Assembly (NCBI GenBank): GCA_037444405.1
Contig: JBBIML010000015.1
Location: 1-64,000 of the forward strand
Source of the DNA: Armatimonadota bacterium
GTDB lineage: Bacteria; Armatimonadota; Fimbriimonadia; Fimbriimonadales; GBS-DC
Direction: 5' to 3'
DNA length: 64,000 bases
Part shown: positions 57,142 through 64,000 of the stretch, in pieces
Layout of the letters: each line of letters begins with the position of its first letter
Position numbering within the stretch: the first letter of the stretch is position 1
Notes under the pieces: generated by a model
Told to the model about the DNA's origin: nothing
What the model saw: the letters and a program-made list of their open reading frames with translations, nothing else
The model's database searches: none
Translations under genes and position numbers: made by a program

Positions 57142-60100
57142 ATGTCTCGACGGATGGGAGCTGCGATTGCATGGATGGGGCTATTGCTCGCTTTTCAAAT
57201 CTATGGGGTTGCCGCGCTGATTCGGAATGAGACCCCGCGTGCCAGCCTCTTCGGTGTCGCTATTTCCGACCAGACAGGTCAGCCGATTCCGCATGCCCAC
57301 ATCACCCTCACCCGCATAGAATATGTTCGGGACGAGCAGGACAGATTCGGCTATTACCGCTTCTATTATAACGTTTACGAGGTGCGAGCCGATGCGCAGG
57401 GGCGGTTCAGCCTGCGAGGCATCCCTGCGGGGCGGTACGAGCTGCGAGCCGGATCAGAGGCGCACCATTTCCCTGCGGAGCTATCCAGCGGCGACCGCCC
57501 GGCGTTCGAGATCGAGCTGAGCGAGGGCGAGCGCGAGGAGCTCACCCTGCGCATGGAACCCGATCGCCCCTTCGTGGAGCTGATTCATCCGCAGGCGGTC
57601 TATTACCCTGGCGAGGCGGTTCGGCTGGGCGTGCGCGGCTTTGCGCCCACCGATGAGGTGGAGGTGGCGCTGTATCGGCTCAAATCGGACATCGGCTCGT
57701 CCAGCGGTCCCGCCCAGCAGCGCTCGTTGACCGACTTCGTGCGCACGCTCAGTGAAATCCGATATGGCTGGTGGCGCGACGAATGGGAGCTGCGCAATTT
57801 TCTGCAGGCATCGGAGCCGTACCTTAACAGGTTGAGCGAGCTGGTGGAGCCGATTCGCGGGCGCGACCCCGAAGGCGTGTTCACGCAATATCTGTCCTTG
57901 CCGAACCTTGAGCGCGGGGTCTATCTCGCTGTTGTGCGCGCGGGACCTGCCATACGCCCCGCGCTGCTAATTATCTCCCATGCGGGGCTGATCGCCAAAG
58001 TTGTCGGCTCCGAGCTGGAGGTGTGGGCAATCGACCTCAAGTCGGGTCAGCCGCTGCCGAACCTGCCCGTCGCTGTCGCTTCGCTTTATCAGCAAGCCAG
58101 CCGGCAGTCGCGCTTTGTGCAGGGACGCACTGGCAGCGACGGGCGATGGCGTGTCTCCCAAGCGCCCCCTGGCGAACTGCTGATTATGGCGTCTGATCCC
58201 GACCGCAAAACACCCATCGTGTGGTTCACCTTCTGGCGATGGGATGACGGGAGCGAGAGCGGCGCTGATCTGTACGGCGCCATCTACACCGAGCGACCCA
58301 TCTATCGCCCTGGCGACACCATCTATTTCAAGGGCATCGTGCGCCGCCAGCAGCCATCGGCGCAGAGCCTCTATCAGCCGTTGCGAGCGGGCACGCCCGT
58401 CCAGATTACCGTCTATGACCCCGACGATGAACCCGTCGCCCAGCAGACGCTACGCCTGAGCGACTTCTCCTCGTTCAGCGGCTCGTTCGAGACCACGCCC
58501 GAATCGCGCACGGGTCTCTACCGAATCGTCGCGCTGGTCGAGGGCGAGCGCATCGAGGGCGAGGCGGAGGTCGCCGCCTATCGCAAGCCTGTGTATCGCA
58601 TCAACCTCAAGCCGTCGCGCGAACTCTATCTGCCGGGCGAGCGCGTCGAAGTGGAAATCCGCTCTGAATACTACTTCGGGATGCCCGTGCCGAATGCCAG
58701 ACTGCGCTATGAGGTCGCCCGCAGCTATGATTACTACGGTTACGACGATTCGGACGGCGCGGAGTGGGAAGACGACTGGTCTGTGCCGCCTGACGCCGAC
58801 GAGGAGGCGCTGCTGGAGGGCGGCTATGGCTACTATGGCGAGCGCGTCGCCAGCGGCGAGGCTCAAACGGACGAGCAGGGTCGCGCCATCCTGCGCATCC
58901 CCGTGTCCGAGCTGCTCAAGGAATCGGAGCGCGAGGGCGATTTCTGGTGGTATGCCTTTGAGCGCCCGACCGCCTACCGCTGTACCCTGCGCGTCGAGAT
59001 GCTCTCCGAAGGTGCCGAGTTCGCTCAGGCGACCACGCGCTTCTCGGTCGCCTCCACCTACTGGCAGGTGCGCATGCAGGTGGAGCCTTATTTTGGCAAG
59101 CCAAACCAGCCGTACACGGTACGCCTGCAGGTGCGCGATCGGCGCACGGGCGCGCCCGTCCACACCCGCCTGAACTGGCGTGTGGGCGAACGCCTGCGAC
59201 GCGGCGACCGATTCGTCACCAGCACCGCATTCGAGGGCACCGTCGCGACCGACGCGCAGGGACGCGCCCAGTTCGATTTCACACCTCCTTATGCAGGCGA
59301 CTGGGAGATCCGAATCGAAGGGCGCGACAGCGAGGGCTACCCGCTGATTTTGACCGACACGCTGTGGGTCTGGCACTCGAGCCGCACGCCCCAGACGCCG
59401 CCCGAAGCCAGGCTGGACCTGCGCGTGAACCGCAACATCCTGAAAGCGGGCGAGCCGCTGGAGATTGCCATCCGCGCGGGTCAGCCCGACGCCACGCTCT
59501 GGCTCACGCTCGAAGGCGACCGCATCTACCATTCGCAAATCGTGTCCCTGCGCAACGGCGTCGCCACCGTCCGCCTGACGCCACCCATCGACGCCATCCC
59601 GAACGCCTTCGTCAAAGTGTGCATGGTGCAGAACAAGCGCTACATCGAGCGGGTGCGTGTGGTGAAGATTGGCGTCCACGAGCAGAACCTGAAGATTGCC
59701 ATCCAGACCGATAAGTCGCGCTATGCGCCGCGCGAGACGGTGCATGCACAGATCACCGTTACGGATGCTGATGGTCGCCCCGCCCGCGCCGAGCTGTCGC
59801 TGGCAGTGGTGGATGAGTCCATCTACGCGATTCGGTCCGACACCTTCCGCCTGAAGCGGGAATTTTATGCCTATCGCTGGAACCGCGTGCGTACCGAGTT
59901 CTCCGCGCCGTGGCTGGCATTGCAGGGCGATAAGGGTCAGGCGGAGCTGGAAATACGGCGCACCTTCCGCGACACCGCCTTCTGGACACCGGCAGCTCTC
60001 ACCGACGCGCAGGGCGTCGCCCGCATCGCCTTCCCACTACCTGACAACCTCACCGAGTGGCGACTGACAGTGCATGCGCACACGCTCCAGACGCAGGTCG

Positions 60101-62196
60101 GCTACGCGAAGGCGAGCATCAAATGCGCGAAGGATCTGATGGTCAATCTGCGCATGCCGCTGTGGCTGGTGGAGGGCGACCGCACGCGCATCAGCACGGT
60201 CATCAGCAACGACACGGCGCAACCGCGCGAGCTGGAGGTGATCCTGCGCACGCCCGACGGCGCACGGCAGCAAACCGCCGCCATCGGCGCCCACAAAACC
60301 CTCACGCTCCACTGGGACTACACCGCGCGGGGCTACGGCAAGCAGACCTTCCAGGCGATTGTGCGCGATCGCGCGACGGGGCTGACCGACGCCGAAGAGC
60401 GCACCGTGACGCTGATGCCGTTCGCCCTGCGGCGGTCGTTCGGTCAGACGGCGTGGCTCACGCGCCCGCGCGAACTCACGCTCACGGTCGCGCCCGATGC
60501 TATCCTGCCTGTGAGCCAGCTGCAGGTGCAGGTGGTGCCCTCAGTGTTGCACCGCATCTATCACAGCCTGCCCTACCTGATCGACTATCCCTACGGCTGT
60601 GTGGAGCAGACGACGAGCCGCTTCCTGCCCGCTGTGCTGGTGCTGCACGCCTTCCAGCAGATGGGCATCACGCCCCCTGCCGATATGCAGCGGCAGATTG
60701 CAACCGTGGCGCGCCTCTCCATCGAGCGGCTGCGCCGATTCCAGCAGGAGAACGGCGGCTGGGGCTGGTGGGAGGGCGAACGACCGAACCTGTGGACCAC
60801 CGCCTATGTGATGCGTGCGCTCCATCTGGCAAAGCAGGCGGGTGTGCGCATGCCCGACACGATGTACGACGAGGGCCGCCAATCGCTCATCCAGCTCATT
60901 AATCAGGGGCTGGAGGAGTGGGAGAAGCGCATGGCGGGCACATCCGACGATTCCTCCATCTATATCTCCGAATCTGAGCTGCTGTATGGCTTGTATATGC
61001 TGTGCCAGATAGAGACGGAGCCGCCTGTGAAGCGCGCCCTGCTGAACCGCTTCGTACAGCGCTGTCTCACCGAGATCGCCTGGTACGACAGTGAAGAAGC
61101 GTACTGCCTGCTGATTCTCTACCTGCGCTGGCGATTGCCCGATAGGGAGTCAGCCATCGCCCGCCTGTGGCAGCGTCTGCTCAAGACCGCCCACGAGGAG
61201 CAGAGCCTGATGCTCTGGTATCGAACGGAGGAGGACGCCCGCTGGTGGGACTACCGCTCCTGGTACGGCTGGCTGCCCGCGCTCGCGCAGTCGGAGGCGC
61301 TGCTCGCGTTGCTCGCGAGCGAGCCGTACGCCGAGAAACTGTTCGGCACGCGCCGCCGCTACGAGGAGCTGATCCGAAAGACCGTGATGGGATTGCTGAG
61401 ATTGGCGCAGGGCGACGGCTGGTACACCTCGCTGGACACAGCGCATGCGCTGGAGGCGCTGCTGGCATTCAGCCGCCGCTATGAGTCGGCGGGCGCGCTC
61501 GCGAAGACCGCCCAGGTGCAGGTCTGGCTCAACGGCACGCTCGCAGGTGAGGTGCGGGTGAACCCCGGCGACGCATGGAAAGCGGCTGGACGGCTAACGC
61601 TGGATGTCGGTCGCTTACAACCGGGCGAGAACCGCATCGAGCTGCGCCCCATTGGCGGCTCACCGATAGTCAGCCTGCAGTTCGAGCAGTGGGTGCGCCT
61701 GACACCTGCCAGCGCGACGCCGCCATCCACCTTCAAAATCAAGGTCTCGCGCCTCGAAAGCGTCCACGACCTGACCGCCTCCATCACCTGCTGCGACGGC
61801 GGATGGGGCAATATCGAGTTGACCGAGCTTCAGAGCGGCGATTCGGTGGCGCAGGGCAGTCTGATTCTGGTGGAGGTGGAGGCGAAGGTGTCCACCCGCT
61901 CACGCGAGGCGAGCTATCTGGTGCTGGAGACGCCCTACTTCGCGGGCTGCGTGCCCACCGAGCTTGCCAGCGACTCCATCTACTACTGGAACGACTGGGT
62001 CTATCAGCGCATGGAGCTGCGCGACGATCGGGCGATCTCCTACCGTTCGCGTCTCAGCGCGAGCGAGGAGATGCATTATCGGCTGCTGTTGCGGGCGGAG
62101 GTGCCCGGCGAGTATCGGCTCCTGCCGCCGCGCCTGTGGGCGATGTACGCGCCCTACGACGAACATGGCGCGTCCTTCATTCTGCGCGTGCGCTGA
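57142..62196 (+). CDS. Bacterial alpha-2-macroglobulin family protein
   Basis: TERPIYRPGD (MG2), RRTFRDTAFW, LPDNLTEWR, thioester motif YPYGCVEQTTS, GGWGWW. Confidence 0.95.
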   Translation: MSRRMGAAIAWMGLLLAFQIYGVAALIRNETPRASLFGVAISDQTGQPIPHAHITLTRIEYVRDEQDRFGYYRFYYNVYEVRADAQGRFSLRGIPAGRYELRAGSEAHHFPAELSSGDRPAFEIELSEGEREELTLRMEPDRPFVELIHPQAVYYPGEAVRLGVRGFAPTDEVEVALYRLKSDIGSSSGPAQQRSLTDFVRTLSEIRYGWWRDEWELRNFLQASEPYLNRLSELVEPIRGRDPEGVFTQYLSLPNLERGVYLAVVRAGPAIRPALLIISHAGLIAKVVGSELEVWAIDLKSGQPLPNLPVAVASLYQQASRQSRFVQGRTGSDGRWRVSQAPPGELLIMASDPDRKTPIVWFTFWRWDDGSESGADLYGAIYTERPIYRPGDTIYFKGIVRRQQPSAQSLYQPLRAGTPVQITVYDPDDEPVAQQTLRLSDFSSFSGSFETTPESRTGLYRIVALVEGERIEGEAEVAAYRKPVYRINLKPSRELYLPGERVEVEIRSEYYFGMPVPNARLRYEVARSYDYYGYDDSDGAEWEDDWSVPPDADEEALLEGGYGYYGERVASGEAQTDEQGRAILRIPVSELLKESEREGDFWWYAFERPTAYRCTLRVEMLSEGAEFAQATTRFSVASTYWQVRMQVEPYFGKPNQPYTVRLQVRDRRTGAPVHTRLNWRVGERLRRGDRFVTSTAFEGTVATDAQGRAQFDFTPPYAGDWEIRIEGRDSEGYPLILTDTLWVWHSSRTPQTPPEARLDLRVNRNILKAGEPLEIAIRAGQPDATLWLTLEGDRIYHSQIVSLRNGVATVRLTPPIDAIPNAFVKVCMVQNKRYIERVRVVKIGVHEQNLKIAIQTDKSRYAPRETVHAQITVTDADGRPARAELSLAVVDESIYAIRSDTFRLKREFYAYRWNRVRTEFSAPWLALQGDKGQAELEIRRTFRDTAFWTPAALTDAQGVARIAFPLPDNLTEWRLTVHAHTLQTQVGYAKASIKCAKDLMVNLRMPLWLVEGDRTRISTVISNDTAQPRELEVILRTPDGARQQTAAIGAHKTLTLHWDYTARGYGKQTFQAIVRDRATGLTDAEERTVTLMPFALRRSFGQTAWLTRPRELTLTVAPDAILPVSQLQVQVVPSVLHRIYHSLPYLIDYPYGCVEQTTSRFLPAVLVLHAFQQMGITPPADMQRQIATVARLSIERLRRFQQENGGWGWWEGERPNLWTTAYVMRALHLAKQAGVRMPDTMYDEGRQSLIQLINQGLEEWEKRMAGTSDDSSIYISESELLYGLYMLCQIETEPPVKRALLNRFVQRCLTEIAWYDSEEAYCLLILYLRWRLPDRESAIARLWQRLLKTAHEEQSLMLWYRTEEDARWWDYRSWYGWLPALAQSEALLALLASEPYAEKLFGTRRRYEELIRKTVMGLLRLAQGDGWYTSLDTAHALEALLAFSRRYESAGALAKTAQVQVWLNGTLAGEVRVNPGDAWKAAGRLTLDVGRLQPGENRIELRPIGGSPIVSLQFEQWVRLTPASATPPSTFKIKVSRLESVHDLTASITCCDGGWGNIELTELQSGDSVAQGSLILVEVEAKVSTRSREASYLVLETPYFAGCVPTELASDSIYYWNDWVYQRMELRDDRAISYRSRLSASEEMHYRLLLRAEVPGEYRLLPPRLWAMYAPYDEHGASFILRVR

Positions 62197-62260
62197 ACCT
62201 GCCCTCCCTACCTGCATCCTGTTGAAAGGTGCAGGGGATGGGGTAAGATAGGGCGGAGCG

Positions 62261-63073
62261 ATGGGTAAAGCGGGAGATTTACTGGATCGTGTCATCTGTG
62301 GCGACGCGCTGGAGGTGCTGCCGCAGCTGCCCGATGCGCTCGCCGATATGGTGTTTTTTGACCCGCCCTATTTTTTGCAGCTACCGAAGCGGCAGCTGCT
62401 GCGCTGGAAAGCCAGAACGCTGGTGGAGGGCGTCTATGAACAATGGGATCAGTTCGCCAGCTTCGAGGAGTACGACACCTTTATCAGCACGGTGCTGGCG
62501 CAACTGCGCCGCCTGATGAAGCCCAGCGCTACCCTGTGGGTCATCGGCACCTATCACAACATCCATCGCATCGGCCGACTGTTGCAGGATGCAGGCTTCT
62601 GGATTCTAAACGAGGTCATCTGGATTAAGACGAACGCCATGCCCAACTGGTTGAATGTGCGCTTCACGAACGCCACCGAGACCCTCATCTGGGCGGTCAA
62701 AGACCGCACGGTGAAGGATTACACCTACCATGCCGATGTAGCGCGCACCTTTGCGCCCGACGGCTTTCGGCTGGCAATCAATGTGTGGGAGCTGCCCATC
62801 TGCACGGGCAAGGAACGGCTGAAAGATTCGGAAGGGCGCAAGTTGCATCCAACGCAGAAGCCTGAAGCCCTGCTGGAGCGCGTGATTTTGACCTCGACAA
62901 ACGAGGGCGATGTGGTGCTGGATCCGATGGCGGGCACGGGCACAACGGGCGTGGTGGCGCTCCGACATGGGCGACGGTTCGTGCTGATCGAACGCGAGCC
63001 GCGCTATGTGGCGGCATGCCAGCAGCGATTGCAACAGGAGCATCAGCGCCTGGCAAACCATCAGCGCAGATAG
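62261..63073 (+). CDS. Beta-class N6-adenine/N4-cytosine DNA methyltransferase, CcrM/M.HinfI-like
   Basis: DPPYFLQL, WDQF.SF..YD.F, WVIGTYHNI, GFWILN, HPTQKPE, DPMAGTGTT. Confidence 0.92.
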   Translation: MGKAGDLLDRVICGDALEVLPQLPDALADMVFFDPPYFLQLPKRQLLRWKARTLVEGVYEQWDQFASFEEYDTFISTVLAQLRRLMKPSATLWVIGTYHNIHRIGRLLQDAGFWILNEVIWIKTNAMPNWLNVRFTNATETLIWAVKDRTVKDYTYHADVARTFAPDGFRLAINVWELPICTGKERLKDSEGRKLHPTQKPEALLERVILTSTNEGDVVLDPMAGTGTTGVVALRHGRRFVLIEREPRYVAACQQRLQQEHQRLANHQRR

Positions 63074-64000
63074 CGCAGGAAACCTGGCATTGCTTTGAGC
63101 GGGGAGAAGTGGCGGGTGAGGTAGCGCAGTTCGGGGGCGAGGCGGCGCATCGCGCGCAGGCTCATGCGCAGAGTCGGCTCCGCCAGCCACGCCATCATCT
63201 CGTCGGTGACGCGGTGCAACCGCTCGCTGTAGGGATACCACCAGAGCTCGGGCTTGACGGTGTAAATCTCGCTCACATACTGGGTTTGAACCAGCTCATA
63301 GAGTCCGAACTGTCCGTGCGTGCGTCCGACGCCCGAATCTTTGAATCCGCCCCAGCTGCTGTAGCCGTCGCCGAAGGTGGTGGCGTGCGTATTGACCGTG
63401 ACGGCGCCGCATTCCAGCAGAGGCGCGATCCGTCTGGCGCGCTGGCGGTCGCGCGTCCAGACGGAGGCGGTCAGCCCGAACGCGCTGGCGTTCGCCCGCG
63501 CCACCGCCTCCTGCTCGTTCGCCACAGGCTGAACCATCACCAGTGGTCCGAAGGTCTCCTCCTGCATGCCGAGCATGCCCTCGTGGGCATCGGCGACGAG
63601 CGTCGGCGCGTAGTAGAGTTCGCCCAGCTCACTTAACACCTTACCGCCTGTCAGCACGCGCCCGCCTTTTGAGCAGGCGTCTTCCACATGCGCCTGCACC
63701 CGATCGCGCTGGAACGGCGCAATCAGGGGTCCCATATCGGTCTCCATGCTGAGCGGGTGTCCCACGCGGATGCGCGACAGCTCCTCGCGCAGAGCTTGCA
63801 GGAACGGCTCATAGAGCGGGCGCTCCACATAGACGCGCTCCACCGACACGCAGGTCTGTCCCGCGTTCACCATCGCTGCCCAGGCGATGCCGCGCGCGGT
63901 GCGCTCGATATCGGCGTCGGATAGCACAATCGCAGGGTCTTTGCCACCCAGTTCCAGAATCACCTTTTTGTTGGTTTCGGCGGCTTTCGCGGCGACGGCG
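63061..64000 (-). CDS. Aldehyde dehydrogenase family protein (5' end outside window)
   Basis: LELGGKDP, NAGQTC, EETFGP, WGGFKDSG; the frame stays open to the window edge. Confidence 0.95.
   Translation of the reverse strand, partial: AVAAKAAETNKKVILELGGKDPAIVLSDADIERTARGIAWAAMVNAGQTCVSVERVYVERPLYEPFLQALREELSRIRVGHPLSMETDMGPLIAPFQRDRVQAHVEDACSKGGRVLTGGKVLSELGELYYAPTLVADAHEGMLGMQEETFGPLVMVQPVANEQEAVARANASAFGLTASVWTRDRQRARRIAPLLECGAVTVNTHATTFGDGYSSWGGFKDSGVGRTHGQFGLYELVQTQYVSEIYTVKPELWWYPYSERLHRVTDEMMAWLAEPTLRMSLRAMRRLAPELRYLTRHFSPLKAMPGFLRYLR

Overview
High-GC bacterial chromosomal window, most likely from an Armatimonadota (Fimbriimonadales-like) diderm. This assignment is an inference from the lipid A genes, a PEP-CTERM protein, the futalosine pathway and proteins ending in paired 'DDADLL.VLFAFG' dockerin-like repeats. 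Content from left to right: the 5' end of tuf with tRNA-Thr and tRNA-Tyr; a 9-gene Wzx/Wzy-type polysaccharide locus (pyruvyl-, formyl- and aminotransferase); topA; tRNA-Val/Lys/His; a secreted dockerin-like protein; tRNA(CAT); a SigH-like sigma factor; panB-pyrE-mtnA-sialidase-mutY; a lipoprotein-Lpt-lpxC-fabZ-lpxA operon; pcrA; mqnC; recA; a Cys-rich membrane protein, a lysine-less BCCP-like protein and hisB; a second dockerin-like protein; fliD-fliS-fliT; an IS remnant; an orphan SbcC/Rad50; trxB; a PEP-CTERM gene with a long structured leader; LemA/DUF3137; alpha-2-macroglobulin; a CcrM-like orphan methyltransferase; and a partial aldehyde dehydrogenase. No CRISPR array, prophage or intact IS was seen. 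Best leads: (i) a BCCP homologue lacking the biotinyl-lysine, coupled to a two-CW Cys-rich membrane protein; (ii) two sigma-H-consensus promoters in front of envelope genes, with a SigH-like factor in the window; (iii) dockerin-like surface genes sharing promoter and REP-hairpin flanks; (iv) a structured 5' leader on the PEP-CTERM gene; (v) repeated -10-only/leaderless gene starts and strong GGCC/ACGT avoidance. All calls come from reading the sequence by eye; no searches were run.
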